Origin: Octopus vulgaris
Taxonomy: Eukaryota
Assembly: GCA_951406725.2 (NCBI GenBank)
Contig: OX597836.1
Location: 5,518,001 to 5,582,000 of the forward strand
DNA length: 64,000 bases
Reading direction: 5' to 3'
Part shown: positions 29,505-42,747 of the stretch, piece by piece
Position numbering within the stretch: position 1 is the stretch's first letter
How the letters are laid out: every line of letters begins with the position of its first letter
Program-made: the position numbers and the translations under genes
Notes under the pieces: generated by a model
The model's input: only the letters and a program-made list of their open reading frames with translations
Told to the model about the DNA's origin: nothing
Database searches by the model: none

Positions 29505-29730
29505 GCGTGTATGATGCTTGTGTGTGTGTGAGCTTGTCGTCCCAACTTCGCTTGACAACCGATGGTGGTGTGTTTACGTCACCGTGACATTAGCGGTTCG
29601 GCAGGAAGAGACCGATAGAATAAGTACTGGGCTTACAAAGAATAAGATCTGGGGGCGATTTGCTCGACTAAAGGCAGTGTTCCAGCATGGCCGAAGTCAA
29701 ATGGCTGAAACAAGTAAAATAGTAAAAGAG
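29505..29730 (+). mobile_element. SINE family 1, 3' half
   Basis: cgcttgacaaccgatg.tggtgtgtttacgtc...gaccgatagaataagtactgggcttacaaagaataag. Confidence 0.85.
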
Positions 29731-32394
29731 TATATACTTATACACACACACACATATGTGTATATATACATATATATATGTATGTATGTATATGTATATA
29801 TATATATATGTATATATATTGTAGCGTGTTTGTTCGTGTTAAGTAACATTGAGAATACTGTGCGCAATAGAGTTAAATCGGTTTCTTTATTAGTGAATGG
29901 CCGGCACGATTATATTTTTTTTTCAACCAGATATAAGACACTTCAAACCCAATAACCTGATCAATGTCCAAGAGGTAATATGTATATATCTATATCTATA
30001 TATCGATCTATCTATGCCTCTACCTTTTTCTTACTTTGTTTTTGTCTCTCACTCTCTCTCTCTCTCTCTCTCTCACTCTCTCTCTCTTCTCCTCTTTTAG
30101 CGTATTTATACACATATTATGGGGGAAATATCTAGAGAAAGAAAGAAAGAAATAAGGAAGATAAAGGAAAGGAGGTTGAAAGAGGTGGCTTTGCGTATGG
30201 AATAAGAAGAAGTAGAAGAAGAAGTAGAAGAAGAAGAAGAAGAAGAAGAAGAAGAAGAAGAAGAAAAAGAAGAAGATGAAGAAGAATAAGAAGAAGATGA
30301 AGAAGAAGAAGAAAGGGAGGGGGAGGGGTGGAAGGGCAGAGTAGGGGGAGAAGGAGGAGGAGGAGGGGAACGAAGGATGGGAGGAGGAGAGGAAGGAGCT
30401 TGACGAAGAGGAAAACGGCACTGTAGTATGTATTACACTCAGAATTCATTGAATGTTAGTCGACTGTTTTATGAAGAACCCCACGCCCCATTTCCGCCGA
30501 AAGTATTGTGCACATCCGCCCTTTTTCTTTTGGGAAATCCTTTAAGTTTCTCATAGTTTGGTCTCTTCATTTATTGTCTTCAATTTCCTTTTTTTCTTCC
30601 CAAGACGTTGCTACCAGTATATATATATACAAAACAAAAGAAAAAAGAAAAAGGAAGGACGGGGTGGTCATCATTAGAAAGACTTTGAACATAAAAGTTT
30701 GATCGATCAGCACTGAAGTGAGGTCTCACAACAACAGCAACATCAACAACAACTCAACAACAAAAACCACATCAACAACAATTATTACAGCATCAGCAAG
30801 CTCCCGCCCCATCGCTAAATAAAAACTAATAACACACGTTAAAAGACGAACGCAGGCTATAAAGTATATCAAATATCGATTAAGGCAAGAAAGCTCAAAT
30901 ATTGGTTCTCAACAGACAAAAAGCCTATTTAATTTGATAAAAAGAAAAACACTTAGAAATCTAAAGAATTCTTGCCAAAAAATTTTTTTCTATTCATTTA
31001 TTAGTTTGTTTGTGTCTGTGTGCCTATTTGGAGGGTAGGGGTATAGGTGTATGGTTTTGTTTTCTAATTTGTTTATCTGTATTCTTATGTATTGTTGTTT
31101 TTATTTGTTGTTTATATTTAGGGTTATTTTCTGGTTGTCTTTGATTTTAAACTCTAACAGTTAGTAAGTTCTATGATGGTAATTTTTTTCTTGTATAGAA
31201 TCGAAATAAAATAGAATTATCTATTGCAAAGCAAAATAAAATATCTAAAATGAAAATTAAAAATAAAAAGAAAAAACATCAAAAATTCTAACAAACAAAA
31301 GAAAATCTGATTCTGACATCTAATCACTTTGTTAGAATCAACGTTTCGATTGCCAAATCGTCGTTGTCGTTCTTGTTTTATTTTCTTCTAATTGTTGTTG
31401 TTGTCGTTATTTAAGATGGAAGTGTTGTTGATGACGCTATTGTTGTTTCGCTCTTAAGTCACCTATGAGGCAATAATTCACCAAGAACTATTTTAACTGG
31501 CACTGGTGTCTGTAGAATAGCCAATGGCTTGCACATTAGAATACAGGATAAGGTAAACATCCTTTCGGAGTAATATATTCTCATAGGTCCGATTTCCTTA
31601 CCGTATATATTCCATCTGCCGATCCATCGCATGATTAATCATTTTTGCCAGCTGAGAAAAAAAAACAGGATCACGTATCGTCCTCTTCAGGATTGGAAAC
31701 TACAATCTTTGGGAGCCAAGTGCCTCCAACCTACTTGCACTCAGATTTCATACGAGTGGAAAATTAGATTATGGATTAACTGTGAAGAGTATTGTGGAGA
31801 GTAACTGAGAAGCCACAATCTCAATTGACTATTCTGAATACATATAATCAGAAGCTTAGCGGTATTTCCTCTGTCCTTACTTTCCGAGTTCAAATTCAAC
31901 AAAAGTTGCCTTTGTTTTTAATCCTTTCAGGGTCGATAAATTAAGTACGAGTGAAACACTGGGGACCATGAAATTGTGTTGTCCCCTCCACTAATATTTC
32001 AGGCTTTAATAATAATAATTCCAAGGCGCACTCAACAACATATCTCTATTTCATCTTCCTCTCTTGTTCTTCTTCCCCTCTATTTTCCTCTCCCTGACTT
32101 TCACTAATTCTTCTCCTCTCCCCTTCAATGTTCCCTCTCTTTCCCTCATTCTTCCTCCTTGACTCTCTCGTTTCTCACATGTGAGCAACGGCTATCTTTC
32201 TTTCACTTACTTTCTAATGACAAAACTTGCATTTTTGCCTGTCTTTTCTCAAAGCTCGTTTCTCCAGCGTTCATCACTTCACCCCGTTGTAGCTTAACTG
32301 CCATCACTATTTCTTTTACTGTTTTGTTCTCACTGGCCTGTTTTCTTCACCACTTTAACCCCACGCAAATCCCAATTTTTTTCACATTTGCGTG

Positions 32395-32635
32395 AACAAC
32401 TGTCTTAAAGAAGTCGCGTCATGTCCCTATCTTCGAAATACGGAGTAGATAAAACAGGGAAATGATTTTATGTTCCCTGTCTCTAATTCTTTCTTTCGTT
32501 GTTCGAAAAAAATTTTCGTTTTCCATGTTTTTTTTATGTTCCCGTTTCTTATTTTGTTCACGTTTGTTTTTACCGTCCTGTATACATGTATGCATGTATA
32601 TATACATATATATGTAGACTTGTACATATATGGGT
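32395..32635 (+). mobile_element. Family-X element, internally deleted
   Basis: Tail gtcctgta...atgcatgtatatatacatata.atgtag matches 20955-21010; retains cgcgtc-atgtccc...cttcGAAAtacg. Confidence 0.7.
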
Positions 32636-32636
32636 T

Positions 32637-32669
<33 letters not shown>

Positions 32670-32692
32670 GGATACATACATACATACATACA

Positions 32693-32776
<84 letters not shown>

Positions 32777-32790
32777 CATGTATGAATATG

Positions 32791-32821
<31 letters not shown>

Positions 32822-32989
32822 ATAAATAAATTTAGATGTTGAAGTGAATATAACGGTTTTTGTGTGTCTTTAAATGCCTTAAAACACGTTTCACGCTACA
32901 ATTGTTTTTGTTTCTGCACTTGATCTCAGGTCAGGTCACTTGCTATGCAAGTACATCTCCTAATATATGTATATATGCATATACAGATG

Positions 32990-33032
<43 letters not shown>

Positions 33033-33057
33033 AATATATATATATATATATGTATAC

Positions 33058-33104
<47 letters not shown>

Positions 33105-33899
33105 TACACACACAGAGATTATATATATATATATCTATATATATATGTATGTGTTTCTGTCTAGGTGCATGCCTGTGTGCGGGTGGGTGTTTGCGTGTAT
33201 GTGTTTATGTGTATGAGGGCATGCGTGTATATGCGTATATACGCTTACATACGAATATTCATGATTATTAGCTCACACATGTAAATGCATATTCATATCA
33301 TATCACAGATTATTTTTCTTTCCGTTATATTTGAAACGGTATCAGTGAATATTTACCAGAGGAGCTGGAACTTTTTTTCCTTTTATTTCTTCTTTTTATT
33401 CTACCCTAAAACGAATTCTGATTTTCAATCTTTCGTACGAATATATGCTCTAAATGACGCTGCCTTCATTTAGATTTCAATGATAAAACTACATTCTACA
33501 GGAATTATTGTTCCCCGTTCTCTTTTGTACTCGTCGAACCACTAAACTGCCTCATATTTATCGCTTTTATACATCATTAATATTTTATATAGTTAAAGAG
33601 AGGCGACGAGAACGCGACAAACTTTTGTGGTCGCCCACTCGACTAGAAATACCAACAAATTTCCATTCAAAGCACGTAGTATTGCGCATATATGAAGGGT
33701 GACTCAGGGTTGGTTTCTCGCCCTTGGATGGCGATCTGCCAGTGGAAAAATTCATTATTTATAATTTTTATTGTTCTTATTGTTTTTACTGTTTACATGT
33801 GTTTTAGGCAAAATCCTACCGACCCTTTTGTACATTTTTTCCTTTGTGGGCGACAATTGTCACCAATAAAGAAAGCATCATCATCATTATTATTATTAT

Positions 33900-34404
33900 T
33901 GTGTGAGAGAGCAGTTCATGCCATCAAAGTGACACTGGGGTAAAATATACGAAGCCCAATATACCCATCATGACTACCCGTCTGATAAGAGTACACTAGG
34001 CACATGCATCACAACCATATGTGCGCGACATCGTGATTTCATATCAAGATAAACAGCACATGACCTTGCAGGTGGGGCCCAGTTAGAAATTTCTTCAGGT
34101 CAATTAGCCCATCCCGTTCAAAAGGTCCCTGAATAAGGGTTGCTTAAGGATGTTGAAAGAACCACCCATGTTTCCAGAGGTGAATTATTCAAGCCCCAAA
34201 GAATTCCTCTCAACACAAGACAATGATGCTCCTCCACTACTTCAGCTTGTGAATAGAGATGCACATATCTTCAGCCACCAAGGAACATGCTCAACTGGTT
34301 ATGGTTAAACAACTGACAAGCAAATCTGTGGTATTGAGCAGAATATTTGCTGTAGCCCATCTTTTATACCAAGACAAAACAATGTACACGATAACACTTC
34401 CAAT
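33900..34404 (-). mobile_element. ~500-bp non-coding retroelement 3' portion inserted in (TAA)n
   Basis: Reverse complement of 39125-39630; (TAA)n-type repeats on both sides. Confidence 0.85.
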
Positions 34405-34428
34405 CGCCATCATCATTATTATTATTAC

Positions 34429-34593
<165 letters not shown>

Positions 34594-34631
34594 CGTTATT
34601 GTTATCGTTATTGTTATCATTATTATTATTA

Positions 34632-34686
<55 letters not shown>

Positions 34687-34688
34687 CA

Positions 34689-34747
<59 letters not shown>

Positions 34748-35625
34748 GAAATTGCAAAGATTATTGGTGTTTTATTTTTTCATTTTTTATTCCCTTTATT
34801 ACACCTCTGGTTTGCATAATTCTCAAATTTTATTCCCTTTATTTCCATTCTCAATCAGACATTTTTTTCCCCTTTTTTTTTGTCAGATTTGGGCGGTACT
34901 AAGATTCATTAAGCTTTCGTTAGTACCGTGTTTTTTTCATGCTGTCATTATACGTTTTTATTTCATTAATATTATGTTTCGTTTTCCTTAATAACTAGAT
35001 AGCCTTGATGTCTCTCTTCTAAAAGTAGTCACGTCATGACCTCCTCTTAATAGGGACGGATGTATTCAGTTTGTAATGAAGAAGCTCGCATTCACTAACC
35101 ATTAAAATGTGACTGAAAGAGAAAATAATTGAATAGTTCATTAGCCGTCATATAGGAGAAATGGCTGTCAAATGAAAAACAAAAATGTCGGTTCGTTGCT
35201 GCTATATGAAGGTGGGAAAATAAGAGACAGACCGGTCCGGCGTTGACAAGCGTTATTTTGTACAAGAGCTTAAAGAGTGGTACAAAATATAAATAAAAAA
35301 AAAACCTCTTTTAGCAGAAAAGGGGTCATCGTTTGATCAGCGAAAAAAATCTAAGAGCGGGGAACATAAACATAGAATGTTATAAAATATGATGTGAGAC
35401 ATCACCATGCCGTGTCCGCTAACATGCATAGATAAACATATAGGAGCAGGCGTGGCTGTGTGGTAGGAGGAAGTTTATTTTCCAACCACATGGTTTCGTA
35501 TTCAATCCCAGTGCTTGGCACCTCCGCAGATGCTTTCTACTGTAGCTTCAACCAGAGCAAAATCTTTTTGAATGTATTGGCAGAGGGAAACTGTAAGAAT
35601 CACGACATGTATATATATATAAATA

Positions 35626-36653
35626 TCTTTATACATAAAAACTGAGAATGTGTGTCTGTCTGTCTGTCTGTCTGTTTCCCTAAAACTTGAGAACTACACA
35701 ACCAATTCCATTCAAATTTTACACATGCCTTACTTAGGATCCATGTAGTTTCATGGGCAAAAAAATGTTCAACTTCTTGCCTAGAGCGAGCCCATAGCAA
35801 TATCATATCTTCTTCACTATTTCAGTATTACGTGTTAAAAGTGAAACAAAGACGTTTCTCTATTTTATGTCAGATACTTTCACTTTAACAATAAAAATAA
35901 TAATAACAATTGAATTATATGTAGTAAGTAATAATTAAAATCAAACTAAAGTAACATAACAAAAGTAAAAATAGCAATTGGTATAAAATTGCATCAATGA
36001 TTTAAACTTGAATAAGTGATTTCACATGAATGGGAATTAATTAAAAATAAAATTAGCGTGCAGAAATGGAATAGTCCTGATGGATAATAAAAAATTAAAT
36101 TAAAGAAAAGACTATTGTCTATAAAGTATATAATGTAGAGAAAAAAGAAGATTTGAACACCTGGAGGAAAGCACCTTCGAAAAGTGTCTTGGTGCGACTA
36201 TGAAAGGTATCTAATCAGAGGCGGTAAATTCGCCACAATAGAAGCAAGGTTCGAGTCAACGGAGCGTGCAAGGGAGTACTCGACTCGAACTTGCAAAGTG
36301 GAAATATTTTACTTTTATCTTTATATCTGGGACGTAGGACGTCCCGGAGAAAAAATTTAATCCCCCCCCCCCCCCGAAGTAGAGATAGGCTGGATTGTAG
36401 CCACACTTCTATACAAGAGAGAGGACAAGATACAATTGATCGAAATTACAAGAGACGGGCTAACAATTCCAGTCTGTTATATATTTTGAGTATTGTTATC
36501 ACTAGCGATATCAAGATATAACTTTGTATTTTGTATTTAATGTGTAGATGTATATATATAGATATACATGTAATATGTACACATATATATATATATACAC
36601 ATATATACATGCACTAGCACCATGACCCGGCAACGACGGGTCTTTAATGCTAG
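35626..36653 (+). mobile_element. Non-autonomous Helitron
   Basis: A|TC start (tctttatacataaaa...gtctgtctgt), 3' hairpin gacccg-gcaacga-cgggtc, then CTAG|T at 36650-36654. That both ends belong to one element is inferred. Confidence 0.75.
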
Positions 36654-36799
36654 TATATATATATATATTGAAAACATGAATAGAAAAGCCATTTCTAATC
36701 ATTTTGTGAAATATATAATACTGTATCAAGGACTTTCTATCTTTATTCTACTATCTATCTAACTTTATACATACATACATACATACATACATACATACA

Positions 36800-36852
<53 letters not shown>

Positions 36853-36968
36853 CAGTTCAGCAAAGTTTAGATGGTATTATCATATATATATCCATGGGGT
36901 TATTATAATCATGTAGCATTAAACGATTGTACCAAATTACCTAAGATATACTTGTTGCTAATTTTGAT

Positions 36969-37009
<41 letters not shown>

Positions 37010-37107
37010 ACATATATAAACATTAATGAGAAATGGAAAACAAAACAATAAATTGAACAATTATGAATCCAATTCATTTTAAATATTTTATACAGACAAA
37101 TGACGCC

Positions 37108-37206
37108 TGCCATAAATTACCGCTGTTTCCGCTTCATTAATAAAATGAAGATTTTCAATTATATCAAATCCGTTTAAATATGTAATGATGCTTCATCAGA
37201 TAGGCA
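37108..37206 (-). ncRNA. Type I hammerhead motif with long stem II, degenerate
   Basis: Minus strand: tgcctat-CTGATGA-agcatcatta...taatgaagcg-GAAA-cagcg-GTA-atttatggca. Confidence 0.6.
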
Positions 37207-37429
37207 TATCTTCTTAAGTATTTAATTTCCCTTATGTGTATTTTACATCTAGCTAATCTGTTATTTGAAATATAATACATCGCCATGATAGATCGCTAGC
37301 CACTAAACCTTTTTCTATTTCCTCTCCGTCTATATTTTTGTGTTCCTTTCTGTCTAAGAGCGTAGACTCAAAACATAAAAGACTCTCTCACTTCCTTAAT
37401 GAAGATATATATATTTAATCCTACAGTGG

Positions 37430-37755
37430 TGGTATTGTAAGATAATTCTAAATGAGTTAGTCACCTTCCTCCCATACTTCTCGGTAAATAAATCCTGTTC
37501 ACATCAGCTTTTGGGTGGTTCATTCGGGCCATGGTTAGTAGTTATCTGGCCTTAGAGTCTCGCTTCTTTATTTCGCTCATTTGTCAGTTGATGATGTTCA
37601 AATTGTAAGTTACGATTGGTACTGCAAGAGTGTTAGTCGCTTCTATTTTGTTTGCAGCGTTGAGTTCAGTCTTTGTTACTAACCGTACACTCCTGTAGTA
37701 CACTTTTCTAATCTTCTCTTTCATTGCTGAATGTTTTATGTCATTACTTAGCATC
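37430..37755 (-). mobile_element. R4/Dong-clade LINE reverse-transcriptase remnant
   Basis: MKEKIRKVYYRSVRLVTKTELNAANKIEATNTLAVPIVTY...HPKADVNRIYLPR..GGR; abuts (TAA)n. Confidence 0.85.
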
Positions 37756-37793
<38 letters not shown>

Positions 37794-37807
37794 TGTTATT
37801 ATTATTA

Positions 37808-37892
<85 letters not shown>

Positions 37893-37897
<5 letters not shown>

Positions 37898-37965
37898 TCA
37901 CTGCCTAGAATCGAACTCGGAACCTTGGGGTTAGTATCCCGCGCTCTTAACCACTGCGCCATATG
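37893..37965 (-). mobile_element. Short tRNA-like SINE head with (TAA)n tail
   Basis: tggcgcagtggttaagagc (A box)...gttcgattc (B box); no proper acceptor stem, so not a tRNA gene. Confidence 0.75.
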
Positions 37966-38514
37966 CGTACACGCCTCGTTGTTATTTTTCTTTAGCTTCA
38001 GTGGTTCAGTGATCTAACGCGACTAACCGAAGTCGTAGTTTATGGTATCGGAATTATTATCTCACACTTTTCACATATTTCACATTTATATTTGCAGCAG
38101 TGACTAACCGAGAGTGTTTTATTGGCTCTGTATTATGAGGTTACCTTCATATTTTATATTGTATCACATTCATATATCCAACCGTGACTAACCGAACGCA
38201 TTCCGCTGGCTCTGAAGCTTATTAGAATATGTTATTATCGTCTCACATTGACTAAATAAATATCTCGACAATTTTTCATTGTTTCTTACATTCGAGAACC
38301 AATTTTCTATGACAGATCTATTGCACTTTATTATACTGTATTTAAGGCAAAATTTTACACGAGGTATATCATTACACTACATTAAAGACAAAGAAAAGGC
38401 GATGAGTTGGAGAATAAAAGCTGTGTTGGATAGAATAACTTACGATAGTAGTTCTGTTATATTTTTTCTCTGAGTTCAAATTCCTATTTAGTTCACGTTT
38501 GTATTTAAGCATCA

Positions 38515-38774
38515 ATATGGTTTTTGGTTTTGGTTTGCACGATTCTTTATATGAGTTCGTGTGTTGAAGCATATTCTGTTGTTTCTGGGGAGAGTCATTT
38601 ACTTTTTGTGCCTTATAATTTAACACACTCACCGGTAAAATTTCCACTTATTTCTTATTTTTATTTTCCTAAAATTTTCGTTGCGTCTTGCAACCTTTTC
38701 AATAGTTTTGACTATAGTCAAGATTATTGAAAAGATTGCAAGACGCAACGAAAATTTTAGGAAAATAAAAATAA
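38515..38774. mobile_element. Family-Y element ending in a 120-bp palindrome
   Basis: Shares catattctgttgt.tctggggaga...ctcaccggtaaaatttccactt with 8636-8870 and 44055-44253. Confidence 0.8.
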
Positions 38775-39092
38775 TTAATATCGTGTCTGAGTCAAAAGTT
38801 TTGCAATAATTTGATAAATTATTTTCTTTATTAGACAAGTTACAATAAAAGCAGGTTAGCATTCAAAGTAGAGGCCATCGTGTTGCCCCATCTGAAGCTG
38901 CCATTCTGCCAGTTCTTTGATCCCACACTGATACCAAATCTAGCCCTTCGAGGCGGAGAACTCTTTCACTGAAGATTCCACATCCACTTAGTTGATGAAA
39001 AATCGAGATCGCTGGAAATGAGCTATGGATCGCGACATGGAAATGAGCCGTGGATCTCGCTGGAAATGATAATAATAATAATAATAATAATA

Positions 39093-39629
39093 GGCAGTGG
39101 CTCTCATGGCTTCTGATCTTAACTGATTGGAAGTGTTATCATGTACAGTGTTTTGTCTTGGTATAAAAGATGGGCTACAGCAAATATTCTGCTCAATACC
39201 ACAGATTTGCTTGTCAGTTGTTTGACCTTAACCAGTTGAGCATGTCCCTTAGTGGCTGATGATATGTGCATCTCTGATCACGAGCAGAAGTAGTGGGGGA
39301 GCATCATAGCCATGTGTTGAGAGGGATTCTTTGGGGTTTGAATAGTTCACCTCTGGAAACATGGGTGGTTCTTTCAACATCCTTAAACAACCCTTATTCA
39401 GGGACCGTTTGAGCGGGATGGGCTACTCGACCTGAAGAAAATTCTAACTGGGCCCCACCTGCAAGGTCATGTGCTGTTTATCTTGATATGAGATCACCAT
39501 GTCGCGCACATATGGTTGTGATGCATGTGCCTGGTGTACCTTTATCAGACGGGTAGTCATGATGGGTATATTGGGCTTCGTATATTTTACCCCAGTGTCA
39601 CTTTGATGGCATGAACTGCTCTCTCACTC

Positions 39630-39630
<1 letters not shown>
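39093..39630 (+). mobile_element. ~540-bp non-coding retroelement 3' portion in (TAA)n
   Basis: Second copy of 33900-34404 with a longer 5' end and (TAA)n tail. Confidence 0.85.
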
Positions 39631-39687
<57 letters not shown>

Positions 39688-39689
39688 GT

Positions 39690-40125
39690 ACAGGCTTGTC
39701 CATTGATACTTTGCAACAGGTATGGACTTGACAAGGCAAAAAATTGGTACGACCACAAACCTAAAGGCATCGTCGAAAATAGAGATGTAAAGATCCTATG
39801 GGATTTTCTGATTCAATGCGACCATGAGATAGAGAACAGGAAGCTGGACATAGTCTTAATTGAGAAAGAAAACAAACTGTGCTGGATTATAGACGTAGCA
39901 TGCCCAGCTAACAACAGTGTATGCGATAAGGAAGAAAGAAAAGTTGAGAAATATGACAGGTTAGCTTGGGAAGTTAAGCAGTTGTGGTCGGTGAGAAAAG
40001 TAGCAGTAGTACCAATAATTGTCGGAGCCTTGGGAACAGTCATCAAAAATCTCGAGAAGTACGTGGAAGGAATAGGAGCTGCAATAAGAGTGGAGCACTT
40101 GCAGAAAACAGCACTGCTTGGCCAT
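39690..40125 (+). mobile_element. R4/Dong-clade LINE restriction-like endonuclease remnant
   Basis: WYDHKP..IVEN..VKILWDF.IQCDHEIENRKLDIV...CWIIDVACP...KEERKVEKY..LA.EVKQLW...VVPIIVGALG...LQKTALLG. Confidence 0.92.
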
Positions 40126-41141
40126 TGCGTTTTTATTTTCCTCGTGAAGATAAGACCATTAAATTTAGTTTAGCTGCGATTTCTAGCCTGAACAACAGCC
40201 ACTAATAACAGGTACTGTCGCTGAGTAATAGAGAAGTTATTGTAATTTATGGTTCATCATTAAAACGAAAGAAATTTCAAAAACTTTTATTAATTTTTTT
40301 TTTAAGCAACGAATCTTTAATGGCGACGGTTCAGGAAAGAAATTTGTTGTAATAGAAGACCACATTACTGAAAAAAAAGTCTTTTTTGACATTGATGATT
40401 AAAAGAATTAATAAAATTACGAAATAATCACGCAACAAGCATTGATTGCAAATTTTTTCATTATGAATAAACATAAATTTTTATTTATTTATTCAGTATT
40501 TATTGTATGTCTGTTTTTAACTTTTTTTTTTCTCAATTTATATCTGAATGTGATGAATGAATATCATTTTTTTTCATAACTAATGAATACTTCCTTTCAA
40601 AAATCTCAAGGTGTCCGTTTTTTTTAAATATATTTTTTAATATCTGATGCATAAATGCGTATGTATGCACGTACGTATATATGTATGTACATATATATAT
40701 GTATGTGTGTGTATATATATACATAAATGTGTGTCTGTGTATATATGTATATATGAATGAATGTATGTGCATATATATGTATATACATATATATATGTGT
40801 GTGTGTGTGTATAAGTATATATATTCACATATATCTATTTATACACATAAATATACATATATATGTATATATACATATATTCACGTATCTATGTATGTAT
40901 ATATACATGTGTGTGAGTGTATGCCAGTGTGTGTGCGTGTTTGTGTGTGTGCACGCAGATACGTAAGAAAATACGTATTTATAAACACATACATACGTAT
41001 AAGCGCCGCGTAGTGGACTGTTTAACACATTCACCTCGCAAGTACGAGATCCTGGGTACGATCATACCGTATGACACTGGATGGTACAGAGGAAGAGAAG
41101 TGACTGACAGCGAAATGGGTGTTTGTGTGTTTGAGTGTAAA

Positions 41142-41172
<31 letters not shown>

Positions 41173-41174
41173 CT

Positions 41175-41580
41175 TTTCTCTTTTTCTCTTTTACTTGTTT
41201 CAGTCATTTGACTGCGGCCATGCTGGAGCACCGCCTTTAGTCGATCAAATCGACCCCAGAACTTATTCTTTGTAAGCCCAGTACTTATTCTATCGGTCTC
41301 TTTTGCCGAACCACTAAGTGGCGGGGACGTAGACACACCAGCATCGGTTGTCAAGCAATGCTAGGGAGACAAACACAGACACACAAACACACACACATAT
41401 ATATATATATACATATATACGACAGGCTTCTTTCAGTTTCCGTCTACCAAATCCACTCACAAGGCATTGGTCGGCCCGGGGCTATAGCAGAAGACACTTG
41501 CCCAAGATGCCACGCAGTGAGACTGAACCGGCAACCATGTGGTTGGTTAGCAAGCTACTTACCACACAGCCACTCCTGCG

Positions 41581-41582
<2 letters not shown>
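41175..41582 (-). mobile_element. SINE family 1, full length
   Basis: Reverse complement of the 19774 copy. Confidence 0.93.
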
Positions 41583-41622
<40 letters not shown>

Positions 41623-42004
41623 CTCACACACGTATGTATATATATATCTATTATATAAAATCCGTTCTGTCTGTGTGTGTGTTACAAAAACCGATTCCAG
41701 GTGAGAATGCGATCGATAAAGCCGTGGAAACGTGCATTTATACGCGCAAGTACATCAGCTGTTGCGATCTACTTACTGGCACTTTAAACTCTTCGGTTGC
41801 ATATTTGTTTTAAAAAAATCGTTTTTCTTTGGAATAGAAAAAAAGCCTATCTGTATTTATTCTTTTGCTGTTGTCTCAAATTTAGGTTAAATCAGTGTTT
41901 CTCAAAGGAAAGGACTATGGGGCGGTTGGGCAAGTTGTTTTGAGAACATTTGGTTTAAATGTTTGACAACTCAGCACCGCCATTGGACGGGGGGCGTTTT
42001 GCTC

Positions 42005-42043
<39 letters not shown>

Positions 42044-42747
42044 TTTATTTCGTAGTCATCATCATGATAATTTCCACCATCGTCAACTTTATTTTCATCA
42101 TCATCCTCACCATTCTCGTCGTCCTCATCATTCTCATCATTTTTATCATCATCGGTTCCACAAACGTCATTATCTTCTGGAGAGTCGCCATCATCATCGT
42201 CATCATCATCATCATCACGTTCATCATCATCATCGTCGTCGTCGCCTTCATCATCTTTTTCGTCGACAGCGAACACGACAAAGATTCATGAACAGAAGCA
42301 GTAACGAACAGAACTTGCGTCGGTTGATAAATGACGTAAACAACAAACATGTCAGTTCGCCTTCCTCGCTCAGTTGATATAAAGAATAATAGATCGACAA
42401 CACCAAGAACAATAGTAACAACATCACCTACAAGAACAGCAGCAGCATCCACAACAGCTATGGTGGTGCCATCGCATTTATCCAATCAAAGCTTCACAAT
42501 GCTTCTCTTAAACACAGTTTACCTGAGAAACACCTGCATCGGTGGTGACAACACTTGTATAACCAATGAAGGATATATTGTTTTTAAATTTCATATCCGT
42601 ATACAGGAAGGCAGGTAAGTAAGCATACACACACACACGCAGTCTCAGAGAGAGTCTTACAGGAATATCAAAGTTAATAACTGATTTCTGATTCATGCAT
42701 ACGGGAATTCATTTTAATAGATTTTATATACAAAATATCAACAAGGA

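Noticed and set aside
33698-33748. Minus-strand tcgcc/ggcga stem followed by GAAAC...GTC
   Set aside because: The core reads CTGGCAGA and no stem I is found.
37893-37965. tRNA gene
   Set aside because: No acceptor-stem pairing and it runs into (TAA)n; SINE head.
39238-39445. CTGATGA, GAAAC and CTGAAGA within the TAA element as a hammerhead
   Set aside because: catgtc/gaaacatg could give stem III, but stem I is only 2 bp and no stem II forms; other helices explain the sequence better.
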